Shown here one piece after another: positions 10,110 through 20,699 of a DNA stretch of 64,000 bases. Position 1 is the stretch's first letter; every line of letters starts with the position of its first letter. Position numbers and translations under genes: made by a program. This DNA comes from Actinomycetota bacterium (lineage in GTDB: Bacteria > Actinomycetota > Acidimicrobiia > Acidimicrobiales > MedAcidi-G1), in the NCBI GenBank assembly GCA_018673475.1, contig JABHCN010000010.1, forward strand, positions 37,138-101,137, written 5' to 3'. The notes beneath the pieces were generated by a model. It was not told the origin of the DNA. It ran no database searches and worked only from the letters and a program-made list of their open reading frames with translations.

Positions 10110-11701
10110 CCGCTGTAGCACTTCTCGCCTCTGCCGGGGCCGGGTCGTTCCCGGTGCTGCCGGCGCTCGTGGTGACCCCGGCCCTGGGTGCCCTCATGGT
10201 GCTCGTGCTCCCCCGTGGCCGCCCCGAGTTGTTGAAGTTGGTGGCGATCCTGGCCTCGACGGTCACCGGAGCCATGTCGTTCTGGCTGCTCAGCGCGTTC
10301 GACATCGGTGACCCCGGTTTCCAGTTCCTCTCAGAGACCTCCTGGATCAGCGACCTGGGCATTGCATGGCTGTTCGGAATAGACGGGATCTCACTTTTCC
10401 TGGTTGTCCTGACCGGTCTGCTGTTTCCGATTGCGCTCATGGCCATCGACCCCGGGCACGACGCACGTCCCTACTACGCCTGGATGCTGGTCCTGGAGGC
10501 GGGCGTGATGGGCGTGTTCAGTTCGCTGGACCTGATCGTGTTCTTCCTCTGCTTCGAGGTGGTCCTGGTTCCGATGTACTTCCTCATCGGAAGGTGGGGC
10601 CACGGCAACAGCGCCCGTGCGGCAACCAAGTTCTTCCTCTACACCATGGCCGGGTCGGCGCTGATGCTGGTCGGCATCCTGGCGCTGGCATTCCTGCATG
10701 CAGGCGCCACCGGTTCCGACCTGTCGTTCGACCTGGTGGCGATCGCCGAGTCCCAGAGCCTGTCCACCGGTGCAGCCAGATGGATCTTCGCCGCCTTCGC
10801 CCTGGCCTTCGCCGTCAAGGTGCCGATATTCCCACTGCACACCTGGCTGCCCGATGCCCACACCGAGGCCCCCACCGCCGGTTCGGTGATCCTGGCCGGC
10901 GTGCTACTCAAGTTGGGAACGTACGGTTTCCTGCGGTTCGGGCTCTACCTGTTCCCCGAGGCCTCCCACTACTTCGCACCCGTGTTCCTGACCCTCGGCG
11001 TGGTCGGCATTGTCTACGGGGCCGTTGTGGCGACCATGCAGGCCGACCTGAAACGTCTGGTGGCCTACTCGTCTGTGGCCCACCTGGGGTTCATCGTCCT
11101 CGGCACCTTCGCCCTCAACACCGAGGGCATCGAGGGTGGGTTGCTCCAGATGGTCAACCACGGCGTCTCGACCGGTGCCCTGTTCCTGCTGGTGGGCATG
11201 ATCTACGAGAGGCGACACACACGCCTGATCGGCGAACTGGGTGGCCTGCAGAAGTCGGCACCTGTCATGGCGGGAATTTTCATGGTTGTCATGTTGTCCT
11301 CGATCGGACTACCGGGCCTGAACGGGTTCGTCGGCGAGTTCCTGGTTCTGCTGGGGGCCTTCAACGCTCATCGCTGGTGGGCCGTGGTGGCCGCCGGCGG
11401 CGTGATCCTGGCCGCGCTCTACCTGCTGTGGGCATACCAGAGGGTGTTCCACGGGCCGGCCGAGGGAGACAACGCCAACATGCCCGACCTGACCCTGCGG
11501 GAGGCCCTGGTCATGGCGCCGCTTCTGGCCCTGATCGTGTTCATGGGCGTGTACCCGAAGCCGGTCATCGAGCGCATGGAGCCGGCAGTGGATGCGCTGG
11601 TGGAACACGTCGAGATGCACGTCGACGGTTTCAGCGAGCCCGTCACGCAGATGGGTTCCGATATCGGTCACGCCGACGATGACCACGGTGAACACGAATG
11701 A
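10106..11701 (+). CDS. nuoM: NADH-quinone oxidoreductase subunit M, set 1
   Basis: FAVKVPIFPLHTWLPDAHTEAPTAGSVILAGVLLKLGTYG. GTGA overlap with nuoL. Confidence 0.9.
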   Translation: MTAVALLASAGAGSFPVLPALVVTPALGALMVLVLPRGRPELLKLVAILASTVTGAMSFWLLSAFDIGDPGFQFLSETSWISDLGIAWLFGIDGISLFLVVLTGLLFPIALMAIDPGHDARPYYAWMLVLEAGVMGVFSSLDLIVFFLCFEVVLVPMYFLIGRWGHGNSARAATKFFLYTMAGSALMLVGILALAFLHAGATGSDLSFDLVAIAESQSLSTGAARWIFAAFALAFAVKVPIFPLHTWLPDAHTEAPTAGSVILAGVLLKLGTYGFLRFGLYLFPEASHYFAPVFLTLGVVGIVYGAVVATMQADLKRLVAYSSVAHLGFIVLGTFALNTEGIEGGLLQMVNHGVSTGALFLLVGMIYERRHTRLIGELGGLQKSAPVMAGIFMVVMLSSIGLPGLNGFVGEFLVLLGAFNAHRWWAVVAAGGVILAALYLLWAYQRVFHGPAEGDNANMPDLTLREALVMAPLLALIVFMGVYPKPVIERMEPAVDALVEHVEMHVDGFSEPVTQMGSDIGHADDDHGEHE

Positions 11702-13182
11702 TCGCCGCCGTCGCCTCTCCCGATGTCTCCTGGTGGGCCCTGATCCCACTTGTCACCTTCGCCGCGGCCGGCTTCCTGTTGTTGACCATGGCATCGCTCG
11801 TGCGCCGGCTGCCTGCTGTGCTGGCACCGGCCTGGACGGTCGCTGCCGGGGTAGCGGTGCTCGTGTACCTGGTGCCGATGTGGTCGAAGGTGGGCAGCGA
11901 CGGTGCCGGCTCCTTCCTGGCGGGTGCCGTCGGGGTGGATGCATCGTCGGTGTTCGTGACGGGAATCCTGGCCGTTGCGGTGATTGCCGCAGCGCTGATC
12001 GCCCACGACTACCTGCCCCGCGAGGACCTGCCCGGTGTGGAGTTCTACGTGCTGTTGCTGCTGTCTGCCGCAGGCGGGATCGTCATGGCCTCTGCCAACG
12101 ACCTGATCGTGTTGTTCCTCGGCCTCGAGGTTCTCTCGATCGCCGCCTACGTCCTGGCCGCCATGCATCTGCGGCGAATCGAATCCCAGGAGGCCGCCCT
12201 CAAGTACTTTCTGCTGGGGGCCTTCTCATCGGCCTTCCTCCTCTACGGAATCGCCCTGGTCTACGGCGCTACGGGCTCGACGAACATGGCCGGGATCAGC
12301 GCCTACCTGGCCGACAACGTCCTGATCGACGATGCCATGCTCCTGGCGGGGCTGGCCCTGCTACTTGTGGGTCTCGGCTTCAAGGTGGCTGTAGTTCCGT
12401 TCCATGCCTGGACCCCCGACGTGTACCAGGGTGCGCCGACCCCCGTGGTGGCGTGGATGGCTGCAGGCGTGAAGGCGGCCGGGTTCGCTGCGATGATGCG
12501 GGTGTTCGTCCTCACGTTCGGAACCCATGTATCTGACTGGCAGCCGGCCTTCCAGATGATCGCCGCTGCCACAGTCCTCGTTGGTGCGGTCGTGGCCGTG
12601 GTACAGACCGACGTGAAGCGCATGTTGGCCTACTCGTCGATAGTCCACGCCGGCTTCATCCTGGTGGGCCTTCAGGCCGCCACTGATCGGGGCAACTCGT
12701 CGGTGCTGGCCTATCTGGCCGTCTACGCGTTGCTGACCGTTGGGAGCTTCGCGGTTGTCACCGTCGTGGGCGGAACCGGGGACAGTGCCCACGGGCTGGA
12801 TTCATACCGGGGCCTCGGTCAACGTCGGCCGTTGTTGGCCGGTGCCTTCACCGTTCTCCTGCTGGGCCAGGCGGGCATCCCGTTCACCGGAGGCTTCGTG
12901 GTGAAACTGGGTGTCCTCGCAGCAGCCGTGAACGCCGGTGCCTACTGGTTGGCTGGGGTGGCGATGCTGGCAGCGGCGGTAGCCGCCTTTGTCTACCTGC
13001 GGGTTCTAGTGGCCATGTACCTGGAAGAGACACCGACCGGATCTGAGGCACCAGCGGCGATACCCGTCGGGGCGCTGGTCGTTGTCGTGGTCTCTTCTGC
13101 GGCGATTCTCCTTGTCGGCCTCATCCCGGGACCCCTGCTGGAACTGGCACGCGATGCCGTTCCGGTCCTGGTGGCGGGCTGA
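11698..13182 (+). CDS. nuoN: NADH-quinone oxidoreductase subunit N, set 1
   Basis: GFKVAVVPFHAWTPDVYQGAPTPVVAWM. ATGA overlap with nuoM. Last gene of set 1. Confidence 0.9.
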   Translation: MIAAVASPDVSWWALIPLVTFAAAGFLLLTMASLVRRLPAVLAPAWTVAAGVAVLVYLVPMWSKVGSDGAGSFLAGAVGVDASSVFVTGILAVAVIAAALIAHDYLPREDLPGVEFYVLLLLSAAGGIVMASANDLIVLFLGLEVLSIAAYVLAAMHLRRIESQEAALKYFLLGAFSSAFLLYGIALVYGATGSTNMAGISAYLADNVLIDDAMLLAGLALLLVGLGFKVAVVPFHAWTPDVYQGAPTPVVAWMAAGVKAAGFAAMMRVFVLTFGTHVSDWQPAFQMIAAATVLVGAVVAVVQTDVKRMLAYSSIVHAGFILVGLQAATDRGNSSVLAYLAVYALLTVGSFAVVTVVGGTGDSAHGLDSYRGLGQRRPLLAGAFTVLLLGQAGIPFTGGFVVKLGVLAAAVNAGAYWLAGVAMLAAAVAAFVYLRVLVAMYLEETPTGSEAPAAIPVGALVVVVVSSAAILLVGLIPGPLLELARDAVPVLVAG

Positions 13183-13280
13183 GCCGTGCGAACGACCTGC
13201 AGCCTCCGGTATCAAAAGCCACCCATGACGCCTTCGATGACGTTGGCTACAACCCCCGTGGATAGGTAGGTTCTCCCCTC

Positions 13281-13646
13281 GTGTCCGACTACCTCCGCAA
13301 CTGGTTGACGCTCGTCGTCTTCGGTGGGGTGGCTGTTCTCCTGGTAGGTACGTTTCTGGGTCTCGGAAGCCTCCTGCGGCCCACCCGTCAGACCCCCCAG
13401 AAGGCGGTCGCCTACGAGTCCGGTGTTGACCCCCAGGGCGACATGTGGAGCCAGTCCAACATCAGGTACTACGTCTTTGCCCTCATGTTCGTGTTGTTCG
13501 ACGTCGAGGCCGTGTTCATCTTCCCGTGGGCAACCAGGCTCGAGGTCTACGACGTGTTCGGGCTGGTGGAGATGGCGATCTTCATCTTCATCCTGGCACT
13601 CGGCCTGTTCTACGCCTGGCGCAAGGGCCTGCTGCGGTGGATCTGA
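13281..13646 (+). CDS. nuoA: NADH-quinone oxidoreductase subunit A, set 2
   Basis: 121-aa membrane protein with [10 protein letters not shown] and [26 protein letters not shown] start. Confidence 0.85.
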   Translation: MSDYLRNWLTLVVFGGVAVLLVGTFLGLGSLLRPTRQTPQKAVAYESGVDPQGDMWSQSNIRYYVFALMFVLFDVEAVFIFPWATRLEVYDVFGLVEMAIFIFILALGLFYAWRKGLLRWI

Positions 13647-13671
13647 TGGGCGCTGGAGGGATGGGACTCTG

Positions 13672-14172
13672 ATGGGACTGGTCGAGAACGGCAAGATGCC
13701 GAAGCCCCTCACCGCGCTGCTCAACATCAGCCGCAAGTACTCGCTGTGGGTCTACCAGTGGGGCCTGGCTTGCTGCGCGATGGAGATGGGTGCTGCGTTC
13801 GCGTCGCCCCGCTACGACGTCATGAGGCTGGGCGTGATCCCGTTCCCCGCCAGTCCCCGACAGGCCGACATGGTCGTCATCTCGGGAACCGTGACCGACA
13901 AGATGGCCCCTGTTGTCCGCCGCCTCTACGAGCAGATGCCCGAACCCAAGTACGTCATCTCGATGGGGTCATGTGCCCACTGCGGTGGCCCCTACTGGGA
14001 CAGCTACTCGGTGACAAAGGGCGTTGACCAGATCATTCCGGTCGACGTCTACGTGCCCGGCTGCCCACCACGTCCCGAGGCCCTGCTGGAGGGGATTGTC
14101 CTGCTGCAGGAGCGAATCGCCTCCGAGGACATGACGGACCGATGGACGAGGGACCCAATTGTCGTCTCCTGA
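13672..14172 (+). CDS. nuoB: NADH-quinone oxidoreductase subunit B, set 2
   Basis: Start taken at ATG 13672 (MGLVENGK...). N2-cluster cysteines are retained: [30 protein letters not shown]. Confidence 0.9.
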   Translation: MGLVENGKMPKPLTALLNISRKYSLWVYQWGLACCAMEMGAAFASPRYDVMRLGVIPFPASPRQADMVVISGTVTDKMAPVVRRLYEQMPEPKYVISMGSCAHCGGPYWDSYSVTKGVDQIIPVDVYVPGCPPRPEALLEGIVLLQERIASEDMTDRWTRDPIVVS

Positions 14173-14854
14173 CACCGACCTCGACGAGGTCCCCGAAGGC
14201 TCTGAGCCGGTGACTGACCCGGAGCGCGACGCCATCGTGGCGGCCCTCGCCGCCCAACTCGGCGATGGCCTCGTGGCCAGCGAGGTACTGGCCGGCACCG
14301 ATGTCTGGGTAAGGGTCACAGCCGACTCGTGGCTGGCCGCAGCAACTGTCCTGCGCGACACCTGCGGAATGGCCTACTTCAACTTCCTGTCAGCGATCGA
14401 CTGGATGCCGTCACCCTTCGGGCGTGACATGGACGCCCAGGTAGACCTCGTCGGGACCGATGAGCCACAGGCTGATCCCGAACCCATGACCTGGGGCATC
14501 ACCGGTGGGTCAACCCGCTTCCAGATGATCGCCAGGGTGCACGACCCGGTCGGCCACATCGGGGTAACCGTCAAGGCCGACCTCGATTCGGACAGCCCCC
14601 GGGTGGATTCCTGGCTCCCGGTGTACCCCGGAGCCAACTGGCATGAACGCGAGGCGTGGGAGATGTTCGGTATCGCCATCACGGGCCACCCCAACCTCGT
14701 GAACCTGTACCTGCCGTCGCAGTTCGAGGGAAACCCGTTGCGCAAGGACTACCCGCTCCTGGCCCGCAGGGTGAAGCCCTGGCCCGGAATCGTCGATGTA
14801 GAGGCGATGCCCGGTGACGGCGATGAGCCCGATGACGACGGGGACGGGTCATGA
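14159..14854 (+). CDS. nuoC: NADH-quinone oxidoreductase subunit C, set 2
   Basis: [22 protein letters not shown] and [12 protein letters not shown] motifs. TTG start overlapping nuoB by 14 nt. Acidic C-terminal tail. Confidence 0.85.
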   Translation: MSSPDTDLDEVPEGSEPVTDPERDAIVAALAAQLGDGLVASEVLAGTDVWVRVTADSWLAAATVLRDTCGMAYFNFLSAIDWMPSPFGRDMDAQVDLVGTDEPQADPEPMTWGITGGSTRFQMIARVHDPVGHIGVTVKADLDSDSPRVDSWLPVYPGANWHEREAWEMFGIAITGHPNLVNLYLPSQFEGNPLRKDYPLLARRVKPWPGIVDVEAMPGDGDEPDDDGDGS

Positions 14855-16023
14855 CCGACGTCTCCAACAGGAACCAACTCGCCTACATAGCCGCACAGGC
14901 CAGCGACGCACGGGTAAACGTCGAGTTCGAGACAGAGGGAATGACCCTGAACCTGGGTCCCCAGCACCCGGCCACCCACGGCACCCTCCGGGTGATCGTG
15001 AAGCTCGACGGCGAGCGTGTACTCAGGGCCGACCCGATGATGGGCTACATGCACCGCGGCTACGAAAAGCTGGCCGAGGTCCGTACCTATCCACAGGTCA
15101 CCGCCCTGGTAAACCGCATCGACTGGCTGGGCAGCTTCGCCAACGAGGTGCCGTTCATCCTGGCCGCCGAGCAGCTCATGGAGGTCGAGGCGCCTCCCCG
15201 GGCCCAGTGGATCCGCACGATCCTGTTCGAGTTGTCCCGGATCTCCAACGTCATCCTCTTCCTGGGCGACATGGGTGTGCAGTTGGGGGCTGTGACACCG
15301 GTCTTCTTCGCCTTCCGTGACCGTGAGTTCGTGCTGAACCAGATCGAAGCGGTAACGGGTGGCCGGTTCCATCCCAACTTCGACCGCATCGGCGGGCTCA
15401 AGGACGACATCCCGAGGGGATGGATAGAGGAGACCACCGGTGTCCTGGGACGCATCCGCACCTTCTGCGACGAAATGGAGGACCTTGTCACCGGCAACGA
15501 GATCTTCCAGGCACGGACCCGCGGAATCGGTGTCATCCCACCCGAGGTCGGCCTGGCCTACGGACTCTCCGGGGCCAATATCCGGGCGAGCGGTGTCGAC
15601 TGGGACCTCCGTCGCGACGGCGGGGTTGGCCTTGCCCACGACCAGGTGGACTGGAAGGTCTGGACCCATCCCGACGGCGACTCCTTCTCGCGTTACTGGG
15701 TGCGCCTCCAGGAGGTCCGCGAGGCCTGCGGCATCATCGAACAACTCCTGGGTGGCATCCCCTCAGGGCCCGTCATGGCCAAGGTCCCCAGGATCATCAA
15801 GGTCCCGGCAGGTGAGGCCTACGTCGAAACCGAGAACCCCCTCGGCGTGATGGGCTACTACGTGGTCTCCAAGGGAGACCTGGTGCCGTTCCGGGTGAAG
15901 ATCAGGTCGGCGTCGTTCTCAAACATCTCGATAACGCCGTGGGTGCTCGAGGGTACCTACGTACCCGACGTCGTGTCGATCCTGGCCAGCCTCTACTTCA
16001 TCCTCGGGGACATAGACCGGTGA
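14851..16023 (+). CDS. nuoD: NADH-quinone oxidoreductase subunit D, set 2
   Basis: LNLGPQHPATHGTLR and MGYMHRGYEKL motifs, full-length 390 aa. ATGA overlap with nuoC. Confidence 0.9.
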   Translation: MTDVSNRNQLAYIAAQASDARVNVEFETEGMTLNLGPQHPATHGTLRVIVKLDGERVLRADPMMGYMHRGYEKLAEVRTYPQVTALVNRIDWLGSFANEVPFILAAEQLMEVEAPPRAQWIRTILFELSRISNVILFLGDMGVQLGAVTPVFFAFRDREFVLNQIEAVTGGRFHPNFDRIGGLKDDIPRGWIEETTGVLGRIRTFCDEMEDLVTGNEIFQARTRGIGVIPPEVGLAYGLSGANIRASGVDWDLRRDGGVGLAHDQVDWKVWTHPDGDSFSRYWVRLQEVREACGIIEQLLGGIPSGPVMAKVPRIIKVPAGEAYVETENPLGVMGYYVVSKGDLVPFRVKIRSASFSNISITPWVLEGTYVPDVVSILASLYFILGDIDR

Positions 16024-17057
16024 GCAGCGCGATCCTCGCCATTGAGTTGGCCTACTGGCAACAGACCGTGCTGAGGGCGCTGCTCGGCCTCGTTGCCGTT
16101 CTGTTGCCTGCTGGAACACTCGTCTACCTGTTCCTCTTCAAGATGATGAGTTTCATGCAGAGCCGGCTTGGGCCTATGGAGACCGGCCCATACGGGTCGC
16201 TGCAGCTTCTGGCCGAGGTCGGGAAGTTCCTCCAGAAAGAGGACCTGATACCGGCGGCGGCCGACCGGGTCGTGTTCAAGCTGGCCCCATTCGTCGTGCT
16301 GATCTCAACGTTCCTGTTGGTGCTGGTCATCCCGGCTGGTCCCGACCTCTGGTTCATCGACATCGACACCGGCATCTTCCTGGCCCTCGCCGTCTCCTCA
16401 ATATCGGTGATCGGCATCCTCATGGCCGGCTGGGCCTCTGCCAGCAAGTACTCGCTGATAGGTGGCCTCAGGGCTGCAGGCCAGCTGGTCGCATACGAAC
16501 TGCCCCTCGTCCTTGCGGTAATGGGCGTGGTCATCCAGGCCGGGACGCTCAACGTCCAGGGAATCGTCATGGCCCAGGCCTCAGGCGAGATCTTCGGGTG
16601 GGGAGGCATCGGAAACCCGTTCATCCTCACCCAGTTCGTTGGCTTCGCCATCTTCCTCATTGCCGTTCAGGCCGAGCTCACCCAGCCGCCCTTTGACATG
16701 CCGGTCGCCGAGTCAGAGCTGGTCACCGGTTACCTGACCGAGTACAGCGGCCTGCGCTTCCTCATGTTCTTCATCGGCGAGTTCGCCACGGCCGGCATCT
16801 TCTCGGCGCTGGCTGCCACGATGTTCCTGGGCGGCTGGTACGTCCCGGGGCTGGACCCGACCGACAACCTGTTCAACGTCATCGGCCCCCTCGTCCTGAT
16901 AGGCAAGATGGTTCTCGTGGCATTCCTCATCTTCTGGTTCCGCTTCACCTACCCGCGGTTCCGCGAAGACCAGCTCCAGCAGTTGGCCTGGAAGTTCCTC
17001 ATTCCCCTGTCGCTGGTCAACATCGTGGCTACCGGCGTCCTGAAGGTGGTCTTTTGA
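16020..17057 (+). CDS. nuoH: NADH-quinone oxidoreductase subunit H, set 2
   Basis: Start taken at GTG 16020 (GTGA overlap with the nuoD stop). [15 protein letters not shown] and [15 protein letters not shown]. nuoD is followed directly by nuoH, so there is no E/F/G. Confidence 0.88.
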   Translation: MSSAILAIELAYWQQTVLRALLGLVAVLLPAGTLVYLFLFKMMSFMQSRLGPMETGPYGSLQLLAEVGKFLQKEDLIPAAADRVVFKLAPFVVLISTFLLVLVIPAGPDLWFIDIDTGIFLALAVSSISVIGILMAGWASASKYSLIGGLRAAGQLVAYELPLVLAVMGVVIQAGTLNVQGIVMAQASGEIFGWGGIGNPFILTQFVGFAIFLIAVQAELTQPPFDMPVAESELVTGYLTEYSGLRFLMFFIGEFATAGIFSALAATMFLGGWYVPGLDPTDNLFNVIGPLVLIGKMVLVAFLIFWFRFTYPRFREDQLQQLAWKFLIPLSLVNIVATGVLKVVF

Positions 17058-17566
17058 TGCCAGCAATGCCGAAGCTGCCGGGAATGCTCGTGGGCCTGGG
17101 GGTCACCTTCAGGACCATGGTGCGCACGCTCGTAAAGGGCTCCCACACGGTCCAGTACCCGAGGGTGAAAGAGGCGCCGGTACCGCGGGCCCGGGGCGTG
17201 ATCGCCCTCCATGAGGAGAACTGCACCTCCTGCATGCTGTGCGCCCGCGAGTGCCCCGACTGGTGCATCTACATCGAGGGCCACAAGTACAAGGCACCGC
17301 CCCGACGCCCCGGAGGCAAGCCACGCCAGAAGAACGCCCTCGACCGCTTCGACATCGACTTTGCCCTGTGCATGTACTGCGGCATCTGCGTCGAGGTCTG
17401 CCCGTTCGAGGCCCTGTTCTGGACCCCCGAATACGAGTACTCGGAGCCCAGGATCGCCGACCTCCTCCACGACAAGTCGCTTCTCGGCAAGTGGATGGAG
17501 ACCGTCCCCGACTTTGAGGACTATGAGTCGGGCAGCGAGGCCAAGAAGGCGCAGGTGCCAAGGTGA
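17057..17566 (+). CDS. nuoI: NADH-quinone oxidoreductase subunit I, set 2
   Basis: [12 protein letters not shown] and [15 protein letters not shown] 17057 (TGATG overlap) preferred over TTG 17054. A basic insert ([16 protein letters not shown]) lies between the two cluster motifs. Confidence 0.88.
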   Translation: MPAMPKLPGMLVGLGVTFRTMVRTLVKGSHTVQYPRVKEAPVPRARGVIALHEENCTSCMLCARECPDWCIYIEGHKYKAPPRRPGGKPRQKNALDRFDIDFALCMYCGICVEVCPFEALFWTPEYEYSEPRIADLLHDKSLLGKWMETVPDFEDYESGSEAKKAQVPR

Positions 17567-18117
17567 GCACCTCGACCCTGTTCGCCGCAACCAGTGGCTT
17601 CGACTCCCTCACGGGAGGTGAGGTGATGGTCGCCCAGAACATCGCCTTCGCCATCATGGCGGTGACGATGCTTGTGAGCGCCGTGCGCATGGTCACCACC
17701 CGCAACGTGGTGCATGCGGCCCTCTATCTGGTGATCGTGCTGGCGGGAGCCGCCGGAATATTTATCCTCCTGGGGGCCGAGTTCGTCGGCGTCACACAGG
17801 TCATGGTCTACATCGGCGCCATAGTCGTCCTGTTCCTCTTCGGAATCATGCTCACCAAGGGATCCTTCGGCGACGACGACGGCGTCGACGGGGAGCGCCG
17901 CTCAATGGCGGCGATGGTCGGTGCCCTGGTGCTGGCCGTCATGGCAGCCGCCCTGATTGACACCTTCCGCGACGCCGAGCTGAGCCGGGCCCAACCCAGC
18001 CTCACCGCCGACATCGGGGATCTCATCTTCAGCCAGTACATCGTGCCCTTCGAGGCGATCTCGGTGCTGCTGCTGGCAGCCCTCATCGGAGCCATCGTCG
18101 TGGCGAGAGGGGACTGA
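17563..18117 (+). CDS. nuoJ: NADH-quinone oxidoreductase subunit J, set 2
   Basis: [23 protein letters not shown] overlap with nuoI. Confidence 0.8.
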   Translation: MSTSTLFAATSGFDSLTGGEVMVAQNIAFAIMAVTMLVSAVRMVTTRNVVHAALYLVIVLAGAAGIFILLGAEFVGVTQVMVYIGAIVVLFLFGIMLTKGSFGDDDGVDGERRSMAAMVGALVLAVMAAALIDTFRDAELSRAQPSLTADIGDLIFSQYIVPFEAISVLLLAALIGAIVVARGD

Positions 18118-18119
18118 CC

Positions 18120-18419
18120 ATGTACCTGAACCAGTTCCTCCTGTTGTCGGCCGCCCTGTTCGCGATTGGCGTCTACGGGGTGCTGGCCCGCCGCAACGGC
18201 GTGCTGGTGCTCATGTCGATCGAGTTGATCCTGAACGCCGTGAACATCAACCTCGTGGCGTTCGCCGCCTTCGGAAACCAGTTGGCAGGCGAGGTATTCG
18301 CACTCTTCGTGATCGCCGTGGCTGCCGCCGAGGTGGGCGTGGGCCTGGCAATGATCCTGTTGCTGTACCGGAACCGCAAGAGCATCGATCTGACCCAGAT
18401 CGACCTGATGAGGGGTTGA
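18120..18419 (+). CDS. nuoK: NADH-quinone oxidoreductase subunit K, set 2
   Basis: 99 aa, GVLARRNGVLVLMSIELILNAVNI. Confidence 0.88.
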   Translation: MYLNQFLLLSAALFAIGVYGVLARRNGVLVLMSIELILNAVNINLVAFAAFGNQLAGEVFALFVIAVAAAEVGVGLAMILLLYRNRKSIDLTQIDLMRG

Positions 18420-18426
18420 ACCGCCG

Positions 18427-20688
18427 ATGATCGACCTTCTCACCATGGCTGTGGCCACGGCCGATCTGCCGCTCGGAATCACCGAGGGCGGCAGTTGGTT
18501 CCTGCGCAACGCCTGGCTCATCCCGCTTCTGCCGGCACTCTCGTTCGTCACGATCCTGTTCTTTGGAAAGCGCATGCCGAGGGGTGGATCCGAGCTGGGT
18601 ATAGCCGTTCTCGGCATCGCATTCATACTTTCGATCCTGACCGCCGCAGCCTGGGTTGACCACCGCGACAACTACCACGGCGAAGAGGTTCACGCCTCGG
18701 TGGTAGCCGTCGACCATGGCGAAGCCGGTGATCACGCCGAGGCCGGTCACGGCGGCGGGCACGCCGAGCCTTCGCTGGCGGTAGTCAGCACCGTCACATG
18801 GTTCCAGACTGGCGGCGTCGAGTTCTCGGTCGGAACGCTCGTCGACGGACCAGCCGTGATGATGCTCCTGGTCGTGACCCTGGTGTCACTCCTGGTGCAC
18901 ATCTACTCAACCGAGTACGTACACGACGACCGCCGCTACACGCACTACTTCGCGTTTCTGTCGCTGTTCAGCGCCTCGATGCTGATGCTGGTCCTCTCCG
19001 AGAACACGCTCCAGCTGTTGACCTCGTGGGAACTCGTCGGTGTCTGCTCCTTTGCCCTGATCGGACACTGGTGGGAGGAGAAACCCAACAGCGACGCGGC
19101 CCTCAAGGCGTTCCTGACCAACCGTGTCGGCGACATGGGTCTGATCGTCGGCGTGAGCATCCTGTTCTTCATCGTCGGATCAGCCCTGCCGGACCGCTTC
19201 GGCTCATTCTCCATCGCCGAGACCAACGCCCTCGCAGCCGCCGGGATGCTGCCCCACACCGCCCTGCTTGTGGCTGCCTGCTGCCTCATGGCAGCCGTCA
19301 TGTCCAAGTCTGGCCAGTTCTTCCTGCACACCTGGCTGCCCGACGCCATGGCCGGACCAACCCCGGTCTCGGCCCTCATCCACGCCGCCACCATGGTCGT
19401 GGCCGGCGTGTTCATGATCGCCCGCCTCTACGGCGTCTTCTTCTCGGGCCTCAGCATCGGCGGCAGCTCCATCAACCTGATGGCCGTCGTAGGAGGCGTC
19501 ACCACCCTGGTCGGAGCCAGCCTCGCCTTCGTGCAACGCGACATCAAGAAGGTGCTCGCCTACTCGACCATCTCACAGCTCGGCTACATGGTCATGGCCC
19601 TTGGTGTCGGCGCATGGACTGCAGCCATGTTCCACCTGTTCACCCACGCCTTCTTCAAGGCCTGCCTCTTCCTCGGCTCAGGTTCGGCAGCACACGCCGT
19701 CCACAGCTTCGACATGAAGTCCGACATGGGTGGCCTCAGGAAGGTCATGCCGCACACATACAAGACGTTCGTGATAGGCAGCATCGCCCTGGCAGGCCTG
19801 CCGCCGTTCGCGGGCTTCTGGTCAAAGGATGAGATCCTCGCTGGGACCGGCGGCTGGGGGCTGCTCGGCGGCACCGGTGGCAACGGTGCCTACACCCTCA
19901 TGCTGGTCATGGGCATGGTCACGGCAGCGATGACCGCCGCCTACATGACCAGGTGCGTGTACCTGACCTTCCACGGTGAGTATCGGGGTCACGGCGATCC
20001 ACACGAGTCGGGCCCACGGATCATCGTCCCACTGTGGATCCTGGCCAGCCTCGCCATGGTCGCAGGCCTACTGAACCTTCCGTCCGGCTTCCAGCTGGCA
20101 CCCGAATCCCTCCAGGAACGGTTTGGCCATTTCGTGGAACCGGTGGCCGGCTACTTCCCCACGATCACCCACGCCACCCCCAGCTGGTCCCTTGCAATCG
20201 TGTCCACGCTCGTTGTGCTGGCAGGCGTCGCCGTTGCCGGCCGCTACTACTTCGGGAGGGTGGAGGCCGCCTCGGCGGCCGCGGGCCAGAGCCTCACCGA
20301 GCTCCCCGACGGCATCACCACCAGGTCGGCACTCGCCAGGAGGGGACACACCCTGTTGTCCAACAAGTACTACCTGGACCACCTCTACACCGGGATCATC
20401 GCCGGTGGAACCAAGGGACCCGTTGCGGCCGCCGCCTATCGGGTCAACCAGAATGTCATCGACAGGACAGTCGACCTCGCTGGTGAGACAGCGGTTTCGG
20501 CGGGCCGGTTCGTATACGACAAGATCGACCAGGTCGTGGTCGATGGCATAGTCAATGCCTCGGGTCGTGTCTCATCTGACACGGGCGAGGAACTCCGCAA
20601 GATCCAGTCCGGCAGGGTCCAGGACTACGCAGCGATTCTCTTCGCTGCCGCGACCGTCCTCGCCGGAATACTCATAGTCATCGTCTAG
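18427..20688 (+). CDS. nuoL: NADH-quinone oxidoreductase subunit L, set 2
   Basis: WELVGVCSFALIGHWW and QFFLHTWLPDAMAGPTPVSALIHAATMV. At 753 aa it is longer than NuoL of set 1 and carries a His-rich insert near residue 80. Confidence 0.88.
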   Translation: MIDLLTMAVATADLPLGITEGGSWFLRNAWLIPLLPALSFVTILFFGKRMPRGGSELGIAVLGIAFILSILTAAAWVDHRDNYHGEEVHASVVAVDHGEAGDHAEAGHGGGHAEPSLAVVSTVTWFQTGGVEFSVGTLVDGPAVMMLLVVTLVSLLVHIYSTEYVHDDRRYTHYFAFLSLFSASMLMLVLSENTLQLLTSWELVGVCSFALIGHWWEEKPNSDAALKAFLTNRVGDMGLIVGVSILFFIVGSALPDRFGSFSIAETNALAAAGMLPHTALLVAACCLMAAVMSKSGQFFLHTWLPDAMAGPTPVSALIHAATMVVAGVFMIARLYGVFFSGLSIGGSSINLMAVVGGVTTLVGASLAFVQRDIKKVLAYSTISQLGYMVMALGVGAWTAAMFHLFTHAFFKACLFLGSGSAAHAVHSFDMKSDMGGLRKVMPHTYKTFVIGSIALAGLPPFAGFWSKDEILAGTGGWGLLGGTGGNGAYTLMLVMGMVTAAMTAAYMTRCVYLTFHGEYRGHGDPHESGPRIIVPLWILASLAMVAGLLNLPSGFQLAPESLQERFGHFVEPVAGYFPTITHATPSWSLAIVSTLVVLAGVAVAGRYYFGRVEAASAAAGQSLTELPDGITTRSALARRGHTLLSNKYYLDHLYTGIIAGGTKGPVAAAAYRVNQNVIDRTVDLAGETAVSAGRFVYDKIDQVVVDGIVNASGRVSSDTGEELRKIQSGRVQDYAAILFAAATVLAGILIVIV

Positions 20689-20699
20689 GAGACGCCGAG

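Noticed and set aside
13661-13672. Mini-ORF ATGGGACTCTGA immediately before nuoB of set 2, which duplicates the ATGGGACT of the real start
   Set aside because: It has three codons only. It is most likely a chance or slippage duplication of the start region, not a gene.
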